Positions 51,789 to 62,834 of a stretch of DNA of 64,000 nt are shown piece by piece. The notes below the pieces were generated by a model. The model made no database searches. It had not been told where the DNA came from and saw only the letters and a program-made list of their open reading frames with translations. The position numbers and the translations under genes are program-made. The DNA is taken from assembly GCA_903995005.1 (NCBI GenBank), contig CAJEZV010000001.1, positions 11,309 to 75,308 of the forward strand, written 5' to 3'. Each line of letters begins with the position of its first letter. Within the stretch, counting starts at the first letter, position 1. Source of the DNA: an uncultured beta proteobacterium. Lineage in GTDB: Bacteria > Pseudomonadota > Gammaproteobacteria > Burkholderiales > Burkholderiaceae.

Positions 51789-54535
51789 GCAAGCTGGATA
51801 AAAAAGCCATGCCTGCAATGAAGCTCTCGGGCCTGGAGTCATTTAACGTCACGTCAGCCGTTGGTTTTGTGAATATTGGTGAGCGTACTAATGTTACAGG
51901 CTCCAAAGCATTTGCTCGGATGATTTTGAATAATCAATTTGATGAAGCGCTCGCAGTAGCGCGCCAACAAGTTGAAAATGGTGCGCAGATTATCGACATC
52001 AATATGGATGAGGCAATGTTGGATTCTGAAGCGGCCATGGCACGCTTCTTAAATCTGATTGCTTCTGAGCCTGATATTGCTCGGGTTCCAATCATGATCG
52101 ACTCCTCTAAGTGGAGCGTTATTGAGGCTGGCCTGAAATGTATTCAAGGCAAGCCGATTGTGAATTCAATCTCACTCAAGGAGGGTGAAGAGCCCTTCAG
52201 ACAACAAGCCCGCTTGATTCGTCGATATGGTGCCGCTTCTGTAGTCATGGCTTTTGATGAGGTTGGTCAAGCTGATACATTCAAACGCAAAACAGAAATT
52301 TGCCAACGTTGCTATGACATCTTAGTTAATGAACTCGGCTTTCCTGCAGAAGATATTATTTTTGACCCGAATATTTTTGCGATTGCCACCGGTATTGAAG
52401 AGCACGATAACTATGCAGTTGACTTTATTAATGCTACGCGTTGGATTAAAGAGAATCTTCCGGGTGCCAAAGTCAGTGGTGGCGTCTCCAATGTGAGCTT
52501 CTCGTTCCGCGGAAATGATCGTGTGCGCGAAGCTATTCATACTGTATTTTTGTATCACGCTATTCAAGCTGGCATGGATATGGGCATTGTGAATGCTGGT
52601 CAGCTGGGCGTCTACGCTGATTTAGATCCAGAGCTGCGTGAGCGCGTTGAGGATGTGGTCCTGAACCGCTTCAAAGAGAAGGATGGTAAAACACCAACCG
52701 AGCGTTTATTAGATATCGCCGATCAATTTAAAGGCGGTGGCGCTAAGCAGGTGGAGAACTTGGTATGGCGTGAGGCGTTAGTGCGTGAACGCTTAACGCA
52801 TGCACTAGTCCACGGCATCACTACTTTTATCGAAGAGGATACGGAAGAGTTACGCGCTGAAATCATGGGCTCAGGTGGTAGACCAATCGAAGTGATTGAA
52901 GGCCCACTCATGAATGGTATGAATGTCGTTGGTGATTTATTCGGTGCCGGAAAAATGTTTTTGCCTCAGGTAGTAAAGAGTGCGCGCGTCATGAAACAAG
53001 CAGTTGCGATTCTGATTCCTTATATTGAGGAAGAGAAGCGCCAACATGTTGCCGCTGGCGGTGAAGCTAAGGCCAAAGGCAAGATCGTGATGGCCACTGT
53101 GAAAGGTGACGTACACGACATTGGCAAAAATATTGTCACCGTGGTCTTGCAATGTAATAACTTTGAAGTTGCCAATATGGGTGTGATGGTTCCTTGTGCC
53201 GAAATTCTGAAGCGTGCTAAGGAAGAAAATGCCGATATCGTCGGCCTTTCTGGTTTGATTACACCGTCACTTGAAGAAATGACTTATGTTGCTCAAGAGA
53301 TGCAGCGTGATGATTATTTCCGTGAGCGTCAGATCCCATTGATGATTGGTGGCGCAACAACCTCGCGTGTGCATACTGCCGTGAAGATCGCTCCACATTA
53401 TGATGGCCCCGTGGTTTATGTGCCAGACGCATCTCGCTCAGTATCAGTTGCTTCAAGTTTGCTTTCTGATGAGAGCGCTAAGAAATTTATTCAGGACTTG
53501 CGCGATGACTATGTACGTATTCGTGAGCAGCATGCCAATAAGAAGGCGGCCCCAACAATTTCTTTAGAAGCAGCCCGTAAAAATCGCGAGCTCATTAATT
53601 GGTCTTCTTATGTTCCAGAAAAACCAAAATTTATTGGCCGTCGTGTATTTAAAAACTTTGCACTAAGCGATATTGCCAAATACATTGACTGGACGCCATT
53701 CTTTCAGACCTGGGATCTCGCTGGTAAGTTTCCAGCTATTTTGGATGATGAGGTTGTGGGCGTTGAGGCGCGTAAGGTATACGAAGATGCTAAGGTATTA
53801 CTGGATAAATTAATTAAAGGCCAATGGTTGCAAGCCGATGCAGTAGTTGCTTTCTATCCTGCCAATACGATTGGTGACGATATCGTTTTATATAGCGACG
53901 AGGCGCGCGAACACCCACTATTTGTATGGCATAACTTGCGACAACAGGCTGAGCGTCCAGTTGTCGATGGAGTGCGCAGACCTAACCGTTCTTTAGCAGA
54001 CTATGTTGCTCCAAAAGATTCTGGTGTCGCTGACTACCTCGGTTGTTTTGCAGTGACAACCGGCCATGGTGTAGAGAAGAAAGTTGCAGAGTTTCAAGCC
54101 AAGCATGATGACTACAGTGCGATTATGTTGAAGGCTTTAGCTGATCGATTGGCTGAAGCGTTTGCTGAGCTGATGCATCACCGTGTGCGCACTGATTTGT
54201 GGGGTTATGCCACAAATGAGATTTTGACGAATGATCAAATGATCAATGAAGAGTACCGTGGTATTCGTCCTGCACCAGGATATCCGGCATGCCCGGCTCA
54301 TGAAGTCAAAAAAGATTTACTAAGAGTGATTGGCTCTGAAGATATTGGTATGACCTTAACTGAGTCAATGGCCATGAACCCCGCTTCTAGTGTGAGCGGT
54401 TTTTATCTCGCTCATCCAGATGCGCGCTATTTCAATGTGGGGAAAATCTCAGTCGATCAGATTGAAGATTTAGCTAAACGTCGTGGCGAGTCAGTCGAAG
54501 ATATACGTCGTCAACTAGCAAGCTTAATAGATTAA
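51785..54535 (+). CDS. metH: B12-dependent methionine synthase (pterin, cobalamin and reactivation domains)
   Basis: [19 protein letters not shown] (DxHxxG), [17 protein letters not shown]. Confidence 0.96.
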   Translation: MSKLDKKAMPAMKLSGLESFNVTSAVGFVNIGERTNVTGSKAFARMILNNQFDEALAVARQQVENGAQIIDINMDEAMLDSEAAMARFLNLIASEPDIARVPIMIDSSKWSVIEAGLKCIQGKPIVNSISLKEGEEPFRQQARLIRRYGAASVVMAFDEVGQADTFKRKTEICQRCYDILVNELGFPAEDIIFDPNIFAIATGIEEHDNYAVDFINATRWIKENLPGAKVSGGVSNVSFSFRGNDRVREAIHTVFLYHAIQAGMDMGIVNAGQLGVYADLDPELRERVEDVVLNRFKEKDGKTPTERLLDIADQFKGGGAKQVENLVWREALVRERLTHALVHGITTFIEEDTEELRAEIMGSGGRPIEVIEGPLMNGMNVVGDLFGAGKMFLPQVVKSARVMKQAVAILIPYIEEEKRQHVAAGGEAKAKGKIVMATVKGDVHDIGKNIVTVVLQCNNFEVANMGVMVPCAEILKRAKEENADIVGLSGLITPSLEEMTYVAQEMQRDDYFRERQIPLMIGGATTSRVHTAVKIAPHYDGPVVYVPDASRSVSVASSLLSDESAKKFIQDLRDDYVRIREQHANKKAAPTISLEAARKNRELINWSSYVPEKPKFIGRRVFKNFALSDIAKYIDWTPFFQTWDLAGKFPAILDDEVVGVEARKVYEDAKVLLDKLIKGQWLQADAVVAFYPANTIGDDIVLYSDEAREHPLFVWHNLRQQAERPVVDGVRRPNRSLADYVAPKDSGVADYLGCFAVTTGHGVEKKVAEFQAKHDDYSAIMLKALADRLAEAFAELMHHRVRTDLWGYATNEILTNDQMINEEYRGIRPAPGYPACPAHEVKKDLLRVIGSEDIGMTLTESMAMNPASSVSGFYLAHPDARYFNVGKISVDQIEDLAKRRGESVEDIRRQLASLID

Positions 54536-54849
54536 ACGCCCCACATCACGGGTTCATCTTTGGCTTTGGCTTGCTTCATTAGCTCTAGGAATGGATAGGC
54601 CCGCTGCCCAAGGCGATCAGCCAGCTTTGGTTTTTCAGTAGATTCTTTGGTTTTATCCTGCGCTTTAGAGCGCTCCTCAAGGTCTTTGAGGATGGCAGTC
54701 TCTAGGGCTGTAATAAGCGTAGGGAGATGCTCAACCCTGAGGATTCCACGGGGCTCTAGCGGACGACCCAAAATATCGAAAATTCGCTTGGTCAAATCCC
54801 CCAGCATAATGACGTCTGGACCAGCTTTTGAGCGAAATTGATAGATCAT
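54532..54849 (-). CDS. DUF1840 family protein
   Basis: [26 protein letters not shown]; divergent from argS. Confidence 0.85.
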   Translation of the reverse strand: MIYQFRSKAGPDVIMLGDLTKRIFDILGRPLEPRGILRVEHLPTLITALETAILKDLEERSKAQDKTKESTEKPKLADRLGQRAYPFLELMKQAKAKDEPVMWGV

Positions 54850-54884
54850 TTCAATAGCTTACCACCTGATAAACTCACTCTTCT

Positions 54885-56612
54885 ATGTTGTTAACCAATA
54901 AAAATCGTTTAATTGAGATGCTTAGCAGTGCGCTTGGGAGCCTGGCTCAGGAGCGCGGCTTGGACCAGCCGCCGCCACCGCGTTTAGAGCGCCCTAAGGC
55001 AGTTGATCACGGTGACGTCGCTTGTAATATTGCGCTTCAGTTATCTAAGGCTTGGAAGTTGAATCCGAGAGAGCTAGCCCAGGCCTTAGTGGAGCGCTTG
55101 CAAAAAGAGTCCGGATTTGACCAACTGATCACTTCATGTGAAATAGCAGGCCCTGGATTTATCAATTTCCGCTTAAGTAATGCTGCTAAAACGGCAGTAG
55201 TCAATGAGGTTTTGACGGAAGGCGCTCATTTTGGAGAGTTGCCAAAAGGGAATGCTCCAATAGCCAGCGCCATGATTGAATTTGTTTCGGCAAATCCAAC
55301 AGGCCCATTGCATGTTGGTCATGGCAGACAAGCTGCACTTGGCGATGCGCTAGCAAATTTATTAGCTACCCAGGGAATCAAAGTGCATCGTGAGTTTTAT
55401 TACAACGATGCTGGTGTGCAAATTGCCAATCTAGCCTTATCGGTTCAAGCCCGTTTGAATGGCTTAAAGCCTGGCGATGCAGCCTGGCCAGAGCAGGCTT
55501 ATAACGGTGAATATATTGCCGAGATTGCAGCTGCTTTTAAAGCCTCTTCACAATATCAACAAGATCTTGAAGCTATCCGCCAATTTGCAGTTGCTTATTT
55601 ACGCAATGAACAAGATATCGATTTAAAAACCTTCGGCGTGCAATTTGATTGCTACTACCTAGAGTCCTCTTTGTATACCGATGGCAGTGTCGCGCAAATT
55701 GTCGGTGACTTACAAACTGTTGGTAAGACCTATGAGTCTGAGGGCGCATTGTGGTTAAAAACTACAGATGATGGCGATGATAAAGATCGCGTCATGCGCA
55801 AGTCAGATGGTAGTTTTACTTATTTCGTTCCTGATGTGGCATATCACACCAGTAAGTGGAATCGTGGTTTCCATAAAGTAATTAATGTGCAGGGAAGTGA
55901 CCACCATGGCACGATAGCCCGCGTCCGCTCTGGCTTACAAGGCGTGGCGCAAAAGCGTGGCTGGGATATTCCAAAGACTTATCCAGATTATGTGTTGCAC
56001 AAGATGGTGACCGTGATGCGTCATGGTGAAGAGGTAAAGATTTCTAAACGTGCAGGTTCATATGTCACCGTGCGTGATTTAGTGGAATGGTCTGGTGGTG
56101 TGACCCCTGAAATGAAGCCCGAAGAGAGAGAATTGGCCTTGCAACGCGGTCGTGATGCAGTACGTTTTTTCTTGATCTCACGTAAAGCAGATACTGAATT
56201 TGTATTCGATATTGATTTGGCCTTGCAGCAAAATGATGAGAACCCTGTGTTCTATGTTCAGTATGCGCATGCGCGTATCAACTCCATCTTGCAACAGTGG
56301 GGTGGACAAATTTCTGATTTAGCCTCAGCCGATTTATCTTTATTGCAAAGCAAAGCATCAGACCATCTATTGCGTCGTTTGGCTGAGTACCCTGAGGTGC
56401 TGACTGATGCTGCGGCTGAACTAGCCCCTCATGCGCTTACTTTCTATTTGCGCGACCTTGCAGGAGATTTCCATACCTTTTACAACGCAGACCGTGTATT
56501 GGTGGAAGATCAGAATCTGAAAGCAGCCCGTTTGGCGCTACTATTAGCAACCCGCCAAGTGTTGCAAAATGGGTTAAAAGTATTAGGGGTATCTGCACCC
56601 GTTAAGATGTAA
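54885..56612 (+). CDS. argS: Arginine-tRNA ligase
   Basis: [32 protein letters not shown]. Confidence 0.97.
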   Translation: MLLTNKNRLIEMLSSALGSLAQERGLDQPPPPRLERPKAVDHGDVACNIALQLSKAWKLNPRELAQALVERLQKESGFDQLITSCEIAGPGFINFRLSNAAKTAVVNEVLTEGAHFGELPKGNAPIASAMIEFVSANPTGPLHVGHGRQAALGDALANLLATQGIKVHREFYYNDAGVQIANLALSVQARLNGLKPGDAAWPEQAYNGEYIAEIAAAFKASSQYQQDLEAIRQFAVAYLRNEQDIDLKTFGVQFDCYYLESSLYTDGSVAQIVGDLQTVGKTYESEGALWLKTTDDGDDKDRVMRKSDGSFTYFVPDVAYHTSKWNRGFHKVINVQGSDHHGTIARVRSGLQGVAQKRGWDIPKTYPDYVLHKMVTVMRHGEEVKISKRAGSYVTVRDLVEWSGGVTPEMKPEERELALQRGRDAVRFFLISRKADTEFVFDIDLALQQNDENPVFYVQYAHARINSILQQWGGQISDLASADLSLLQSKASDHLLRRLAEYPEVLTDAAAELAPHALTFYLRDLAGDFHTFYNADRVLVEDQNLKAARLALLLATRQVLQNGLKVLGVSAPVKM

Positions 56613-56650
56613 TAGCGGCGTATGAAGTGAAAATGTAAGATGAGGAAATA

Positions 56651-57256
56651 ATGAAAAAACCGAATCAACAAACTGGCTTCATGAAGATTGATGGCAATAA
56701 CTCCCAATACGGTGGCACTATCTTGGGTTTTGTATTGGGCTTGGGCGCTGGCTTAGGCATTGCCTTCGTGATTGCGTTCTATCTTTCCAAAAACACGCCC
56801 CAAGAGAGACCTGGGGTGCGCGCACCAAACTTACCGCTGACAATTAAGCCTTCTGCAGTTCCCGCTGAAGGCGAGCCGGCTGCTCCAGTCGAACAACTGG
56901 ATTTGAATAAGCCTTTGCAAGGAAAATCACAGGCGCCTATTGCATCTGACCCAATTTCTGATTTAGTTGGTGGCAAGAGGCCAGCTGAAACTGCGCCTGT
57001 ACCAATAGCAAAATCAGATGCTATTTATTTCTTGCAAGTGGGCGCCTTTGTAAAGCGAGCTGATGCGGATGCACAAAAAGCCAATTTAGCAATTCAAGGA
57101 ATTCAGGCTCAATTAAGCGAAGTTACTGCAGACGGTAATACCTTATGGCGTGTCCGCGTAGGCCCCTATAACAGCCCTGAAGAAAGTAATTCTGTGCGTG
57201 ACAAATTAAACAGCATGGGTATTAAACCAACCCTAATTAAATCTAGCAAATCATGA
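56651..57256 (+). CDS. SPOR-domain cell division protein (FtsN-like)
   Basis: TM segment, Pro-rich linker, LQVGAF...WRVRVGP SPOR domain; argS-SPOR-dsbA synteny. Confidence 0.88.
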   Translation: MKKPNQQTGFMKIDGNNSQYGGTILGFVLGLGAGLGIAFVIAFYLSKNTPQERPGVRAPNLPLTIKPSAVPAEGEPAAPVEQLDLNKPLQGKSQAPIASDPISDLVGGKRPAETAPVPIAKSDAIYFLQVGAFVKRADADAQKANLAIQGIQAQLSEVTADGNTLWRVRVGPYNSPEESNSVRDKLNSMGIKPTLIKSSKS

Positions 57257-57897
57257 TTTCATTTAGCAAAAGACTATTTACATTACTGACAATATTTTGT
57301 CTAAGCGGCATTGTTTCTGCACAAGCTCAAAAGATTGAAGAGGGGTTCGATTACCGCATTCTGCCAATTGCGCAACCCGTTGAGACTAAGGGTAAGGTAG
57401 AGGTGATTGAGTTTTTTTGGTATGGCTGCCCACATTGCTATGACTTTGAGCCTGAGCTCAGCAGTTGGGTAAAGCGACAACCTAAGGATGTTGTTTTCCG
57501 CAGAGTGCCAGTTGCATTTCGAGACGACTTCATGCCACACAGTCAGTTGTTTTATGCGCTCGAGTCAATGGGTAAAGGCGATGCTCTTAATGAGAAAGTC
57601 ATGTATGCCATGCATAAAGAGAACAAGCGTTTATTGACTGAGCCGGAGATTGCCGATTGGGTTGCTTCCCAGGGAATTGATCGCAATACCTTTTTGGCGA
57701 GCTATCGATCTTTTGCGGTGATTTCAAAAGCTCGTGCTGCAAAACAAATGACAGAGGCCTATCGTATTGATGGTGTGCCAACAATTGTGATGCAGGGTAA
57801 ATACGTTACATCACCTTCTATTGCTGGTACCAAGGCTAAGGCAATAGCGGTAATGGACTTTCTCGAAGAAAAAATTCGTAAAGATAAATACAAATAA
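57253..57897 (+). CDS. dsbA: Thiol:disulfide interchange protein DsbA
   Basis: Signal peptide, EFFWYGCPHC, GVP. Confidence 0.95.
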   Translation: MISFSKRLFTLLTIFCLSGIVSAQAQKIEEGFDYRILPIAQPVETKGKVEVIEFFWYGCPHCYDFEPELSSWVKRQPKDVVFRRVPVAFRDDFMPHSQLFYALESMGKGDALNEKVMYAMHKENKRLLTEPEIADWVASQGIDRNTFLASYRSFAVISKARAAKQMTEAYRIDGVPTIVMQGKYVTSPSIAGTKAKAIAVMDFLEEKIRKDKYK

Positions 57898-57917
57898 TTA
57901 TTTTTTTGGGGTGTTGC

Positions 57918-58694
57918 TTAGATTTTAACGAAGCGGCGCACAATCCAGAAATAAATTGGATAAGGTAGGATTCTGAGAAATTTTAGGAATCCTGAAAATC
58001 TTTTAGGGAAGTGAATGTCAAACTCTCCCTTTTCCAGCCCGATCAAAATTTGATTAGCAGCTTCTTCAGCGCTAATTAAGGCCGGCATGTCAAAATCATT
58101 TTGAGCAGTTGCTTCAGTGGCCACAAATCCGGGAGAAATCATGTGCACACATACTCCTTGCGGGAGTAAGTCGTAGTAGAGCGTCTCACAGAAGTTAATG
58201 ATGGCAGCCTTGCTTGGGCCATATGCCAAGGCCTTGGGAAGGCCGCTATACCCTGCGACACTTCCTACAATGGCAATATGCCCCGCATGAGCTTTGAGCA
58301 TCTCAGGCAGTACGAGTGCAACTGCCCTCATTGGGCCTAGTAGATTTGCATCGATAGTGTGTTCTGCCACAGCCATATCAAAGTTGTCTGCCCGGAGTGG
58401 CACATATACCCCAGATACAAACAGCAATAAATCAATCCCACCCCATGCGCTCAAAATCGATTGATAGCTATTTTTTAATTGAGCATCATTGGTTACATCT
58501 AATGGTAATACCAAAGTTTGCCCAGGATTTCCCAATGATGCGATTGGGTTAAGTCGTTCTTTTCTTCGGCTAGAGAGTGCTACTTTAGCTCCAGCCTTAA
58601 TTAGTGCGTTAGCACAAGCTTCACCGATCCCGCTCGAGGCCCCAATGACCCATACACGCTGGCCCAAGAAGCTGGGTATGCCCTTTTGCTTCAT
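57918..58694 (-). CDS. SDR family oxidoreductase
   Basis: GASSGIG, SVAG, YGPSK, PGFV.T. Confidence 0.9.
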   Translation of the reverse strand: MKQKGIPSFLGQRVWVIGASSGIGEACANALIKAGAKVALSSRRKERLNPIASLGNPGQTLVLPLDVTNDAQLKNSYQSILSAWGGIDLLLFVSGVYVPLRADNFDMAVAEHTIDANLLGPMRAVALVLPEMLKAHAGHIAIVGSVAGYSGLPKALAYGPSKAAIINFCETLYYDLLPQGVCVHMISPGFVATEATAQNDFDMPALISAEEAANQILIGLEKGEFDIHFPKRFSGFLKFLRILPYPIYFWIVRRFVKI

Positions 58695-59983
58695 GCGCTC
58701 AGGGCATCCGGCGATGCATTTTTTGGTTGATGGCTTAGGGTGAATTGCACAACGTCAATATTGCGCTCTGCAAATCCAGCGGCGCAATACATAAGATAGA
58801 AATTCCAGAGTCTTATAAAGGCCTCATCAAAGCCTAAGCCGTGAACTTCATCGATTTTTTGATTGAAATTGTCTCGCCAGAGGCAAAGTGTTTTGGCATA
58901 GTCGGCCCCAAAAGCAAATTCTCCTTCAATTTGGAGTCCTGCCTTGGCGGCGCTTTCTTTAAAGCTGGTTCGGGAGGGCAGCATGCCGCCTGGAAAAACA
59001 TATTGCTGAATGAAGTCAGTGTTATGGCGGTAGCGCTCAAATAGTTCTTCAGCAATCACGATCGTTTGGATGCATGCTTTGCCGCCAGGCTTTAAACATT
59101 TGGCGATAGTCTGGAAATACTCAGGCCAATGCTTTTCCCCAACCGCCTCAAACATTTCTACTGAGGCAATGCCTTCAAATTGTTCTTGGCAATCCCGATA
59201 GTCCTGCAATCGAACCTCAAAACGGTTTGAATATTCGACCTGCGATTGAATTTTTTTCAGTCTATCTTCAGCAAATGCCTTTTGCTCTGTCGAAAGTGTG
59301 AGGCCGGTAATTGCAATATTGCTACGAAGCGCCTCTTCCATGACGCCACCCCAACCACAGCCAATTTCTAGAATATGGTCACCAGATTTGGCGTCAAGAG
59401 ATTGCAGAATCCGACTGATTTTGGCGCGCTGGGCATCAGCAAGAGATTGTTTCTCACCCTCAGAAAACCAGGCGCTGGAGTAGCTCATGGTGGGATCTAG
59501 CCATAATGTATAGAAGGCATTACCCAAGTCATAATGCGCATGAATATTCTTACGACTGCCAGTTTTACTGTTATCTCGTAACCAGTGTCTGATGCGATAT
59601 AGAATTGATCCATACCAACTACCGTAAATTACTTTTTCTAGAATTGTGCGATTACGAATTGCGAGCTCTAGAATAGCTTTGAGGTCTGGAGTATTCCATT
59701 CCCCGCGGATATAGCTTTCAGCGAAACCAATATCGCCATGAGACAGCACCTGCTTAAATACTGACCAATCTAGAATTTGAAGCTCAGCATGTAGGACATC
59801 AGATTTATTACCAAACTCTCTGATGTTGCCATCAGGTAAAACCATTTTTAGGTGCCCACTACTGAGTTGGGATAACAGACTTAATAGTGTCTCTGTACCC
59901 AATCGTGATGTATTCGCTTGAGTGCGTCTTTGCGACCTTGAAAAATTCAGGCGTGAAAGTAAAGATTGTCCAGGACGATTCAT
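58691..59983 (-). CDS. Cyclopropane-fatty-acyl-phospholipid synthase family methyltransferase (Cfa/UfaM-like)
   Basis: NIHAHYDLGN, MSYS, LEIGCGWG, EMFEAVG, FPGG, W.FYL.YC. Confidence 0.92.
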   Translation of the reverse strand: MNRPGQSLLSRLNFSRSQRRTQANTSRLGTETLLSLLSQLSSGHLKMVLPDGNIREFGNKSDVLHAELQILDWSVFKQVLSHGDIGFAESYIRGEWNTPDLKAILELAIRNRTILEKVIYGSWYGSILYRIRHWLRDNSKTGSRKNIHAHYDLGNAFYTLWLDPTMSYSSAWFSEGEKQSLADAQRAKISRILQSLDAKSGDHILEIGCGWGGVMEEALRSNIAITGLTLSTEQKAFAEDRLKKIQSQVEYSNRFEVRLQDYRDCQEQFEGIASVEMFEAVGEKHWPEYFQTIAKCLKPGGKACIQTIVIAEELFERYRHNTDFIQQYVFPGGMLPSRTSFKESAAKAGLQIEGEFAFGADYAKTLCLWRDNFNQKIDEVHGLGFDEAFIRLWNFYLMYCAAGFAERNIDVVQFTLSHQPKNASPDALSA

Positions 59984-60765
59984 TTGCTGACTTCGAATTC
60001 AGGTGGTTTGGGCTTTGAATGAAAGGGTACACCTTTTATCCATAATTTCAATGCTTGCCAATGAATCCGGAAAATAACGCCCAGGCTCATGAGCGGGTAA
60101 CGCAAAAAGGCTAGCCAAAGATTGTATTGACTTAAGGGCCGGCTGCAGCCGCTAATACTGGTATTGATCAGGGGCAGGCCATCTTCATGAAGCTCAATAC
60201 GGCAGACAGAGTTCAAGCCACTATTGCTGTCTTGGGGGAAGAGAAAGCGAAAATGATAGTCACCACGCACTGCGCAAAATGGCGATACGTGAAATACTTT
60301 TTGACTTCTAAGAGTTTCACCAGAGCGCAATGCCTCACCAGAATTTTTATATAGTAGATAGCAATGGCGTTCACCAAAGGTGTTGTTCACCTCAGCTAAT
60401 ACAGCCTGTACTTGGCCGTTTGCGCGGGTACATATCCAAAAACTGACAGGATTAAAGACGTAGCCCAAGACCCTAGGAAAAGTTTGTAACCAGATTTCGC
60501 CATCAATATTTGGGATTTGGTTTTCTTGCAGAATATTTTCAATCCATTCAAGGCTATCTACATTTCCAAGGCCATGGTCTTTATCAAAGAATGAAAATAA
60601 ACCTAGGCGATTGTCGTTGAGGCCATGTTGACTGAGAAGGTCTGATTTTTGCTTCCTGGCTCTCATAGGAATTGACAATGTGAATACACCATAGCCAAAT
60701 GCATTCTTGGCCGGTCTGAGCCGCTGATGCTTTACAACTCCAAAGTTAATCTTTGGTTGATTCAT
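59980..60765 (-). CDS. DUF1365 family protein (UfaO-like)
   Basis: H.R..P..N.F.Y, PRVLGYVFNPVSF, EVNNTFGERH, K.FHVSPF, IHWQALKLW.KG. Confidence 0.9.
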   Translation of the reverse strand: MNQPKINFGVVKHQRLRPAKNAFGYGVFTLSIPMRARKQKSDLLSQHGLNDNRLGLFSFFDKDHGLGNVDSLEWIENILQENQIPNIDGEIWLQTFPRVLGYVFNPVSFWICTRANGQVQAVLAEVNNTFGERHCYLLYKNSGEALRSGETLRSQKVFHVSPFCAVRGDYHFRFLFPQDSNSGLNSVCRIELHEDGLPLINTSISGCSRPLSQYNLWLAFLRYPLMSLGVIFRIHWQALKLWIKGVPFHSKPKPPEFEVSK

Positions 60766-62151
60766 CTATTGCGCATCTTGCTTGGGATGAGTTCGAAGGG
60801 GCAAGTGAGTGCTTTCGATTAAGGCTTCTGCCACTAGTTCGCCAGAGCGCAAACCATCTTCATGAAATCCAAACCCAGTCCACGCACCGCAATACCAGAT
60901 TGATGCTGCGCCTTGAATGAGCGGTAGCTCTTTTTGTGCTTGGATCGCGCTCATATCGAATACTGGATGCGAGTAATGAATTTCTTGATGTATCAGTTTT
61001 GGATCAGGTTCTGACACGGGATTGAGGCTGACAATGATCTGCGTGTTATTGAGTGTTGCAGGAAGTGGCTGTAAGCGATTAATCAGGTAGTTGACGCTCA
61101 CATGCTGTTTTGACGAAATTGCCATGCCAGATTTAGCGGTGTAGTTCCAGGCAGCCCAACACCGCTTTGCTTCAGGTAAAAAACGGATGTCCGTATGGAG
61201 AAGGGCACGATTTTTTTGATACGGAATAGCGGCCAAGATATTTTTGGCCTGCTGCGGTATGCCGTGAACTAGATCAAGAGCTTGGTCACTATGGCAGGCC
61301 ATGACAACTTCATCATAAAAAGCCGAACCGGATTGGCTGATTACTTCAACTTGGCTGGTGCCATCTTGATTCCCATTTACACGAGTCACACCTTCGCGCA
61401 CAATCTTGACATTAGATTCTTCAAGAGCAGCCACAATCCGTTTTACGTACTCCCTAGAGCCGCCTTTGATAGTTAACCACTGCGGCCGATTCTGAATCTG
61501 TAGCAAACCATGGTTATGACAAAAACGTACCATTGTTTGTATAGGAAACTCGAGCATCTGCTCAACAGAACATGACCAGATAGCGCCAATCATTGGGAGA
61601 AAATAATTCTCTCTGAAACTTTGGCTAAAGCGATTGCGATCTAAAAAAGTAGCAATGCTTTCATCAGGCTCTTTGTAAAGATGGCCTGCTTCAATTTGCT
61701 GATGCGCTAGCCTTGTGGCTAGACGATTAAAGCGCAAGATGTCATAAGCCATCCTCCAAAATGAGGGGGATAAAAGATTTGATCTTTGTCCAAAAAAAGA
61801 ATTGAGATCATTGCCTGCCCATTCAATATTGCGATGAGCATGTTTTTTATCGGATGTATCAATCGATACTGAGAAGGACATTTCAGAGGGCGCTACTGGC
61901 GCCTTAATTTCCTCAAAGAGTCGTACTAAGCGCGGATAAGTCTTGCGATTAAAGACCAAGAACCCAGTATCTACACCATGAGAGATTTCTTCACCATCAA
62001 TATTGCATTTAAAGTCGACAGTGTTGCTATGGCCACCAATATGATCGCCGGCCTCGTACAAGGTCAGTTCAAATTCAGAATGTTGTCGCAGTGCATAAGC
62101 ACAACCAAGGCCGGAGATGCCAGCGCCAATAATGGCAATTCTTTTTTTCAT
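60766..62151 (-). CDS. FAD-dependent oxidoreductase (COG2907; UfaD-like)
   Basis: IIGAGISG, GGH.NT, VDTGFLVFN..TYP, YSHP, GAW.GFGFHEDG. Confidence 0.9.
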   Translation of the reverse strand: MKKRIAIIGAGISGLGCAYALRQHSEFELTLYEAGDHIGGHSNTVDFKCNIDGEEISHGVDTGFLVFNRKTYPRLVRLFEEIKAPVAPSEMSFSVSIDTSDKKHAHRNIEWAGNDLNSFFGQRSNLLSPSFWRMAYDILRFNRLATRLAHQQIEAGHLYKEPDESIATFLDRNRFSQSFRENYFLPMIGAIWSCSVEQMLEFPIQTMVRFCHNHGLLQIQNRPQWLTIKGGSREYVKRIVAALEESNVKIVREGVTRVNGNQDGTSQVEVISQSGSAFYDEVVMACHSDQALDLVHGIPQQAKNILAAIPYQKNRALLHTDIRFLPEAKRCWAAWNYTAKSGMAISSKQHVSVNYLINRLQPLPATLNNTQIIVSLNPVSEPDPKLIHQEIHYSHPVFDMSAIQAQKELPLIQGAASIWYCGAWTGFGFHEDGLRSGELVAEALIESTHLPLRTHPKQDAQ

Positions 62152-62741
62152 CACCGAGCTTTTTCTCCTAAGAGTTTTTCAATCTCAGCGGTGACGCTGC
62201 TACTGGTGGGCTTAGTCATGCTGCCATAAGACTCCACCACATTGCCATTGCGATCGATTAAGTATTTGTAGAAGTTCCATTTAGGTGTTGTACCAGTTTT
62301 GGCAATCAACATTTTGAAGAGAGGGTTGGGATTGCTTCCCGATACTGCGCTTTTTGCAAACATCGGAAATTTCACGTCATAAGTATTTTTACAAAAGTCA
62401 GCAATCTCTTTATTGCTGCCCGGCTCTTGCTGACCAAAATCATTAGAGGGAAATCCTAAAACGACGAGGCCCTGATCTTTGTATTTGGCATACACCTTTT
62501 CTAAGCCTTCATATTGGCTTGTAAAGCCGCAAAAGCTGGCAGTATTGACGACCAGAATGACTTTGCCCTGGTACTGACAGAGATTTTGCGGCGCCTCATC
62601 CTGTAGGCGTGGGAAGGTCTGAGATAGCAGGGGGCTGCAGTTAGGCGCAGCATTTACGACTTGAGCGCCTGATAGAGAGGCAAGCAGGGTAATAATCCAG
62701 GTAAAAACTAAGCGGAATAAGTAGTGCGTCTTGGGGGCCAT
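62151..62741 (-). CDS. Glutathione peroxidase family protein with predicted signal peptide
   Basis: VNTASFCGFT, LGFPSNDF..QEPG, WNFYKYL; ATG at 62741 preferred because the longer ORF overlaps rfaE2. Confidence 0.9.
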   Translation of the reverse strand: MAPKTHYLFRLVFTWIITLLASLSGAQVVNAAPNCSPLLSQTFPRLQDEAPQNLCQYQGKVILVVNTASFCGFTSQYEGLEKVYAKYKDQGLVVLGFPSNDFGQQEPGSNKEIADFCKNTYDVKFPMFAKSAVSGSNPNPLFKMLIAKTGTTPKWNFYKYLIDRNGNVVESYGSMTKPTSSSVTAEIEKLLGEKAR

Positions 62742-62834
62742 CAAGTGTCTTCTTTTATTGGATCTTCGGCCCTCAAGTCTAAGACATTCTGGCCGATATC
62801 GCTGGGCACTAGCCAATACCTTTAATATTGCGTT

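Noticed and set aside
51780-51790. metH break as a frameshift pseudogene
   Set aside because: Clean ATGA coupling at a domain boundary, both halves intact, and a known arrangement in Burkholderiales.
62742-62834. RpoE/ChrR (ECF11) promoter for the ufa-like operon
   Set aside because: An AGATCC resembles the TGATCC -35, but no CGTA-like -10 lies at the right spacing.
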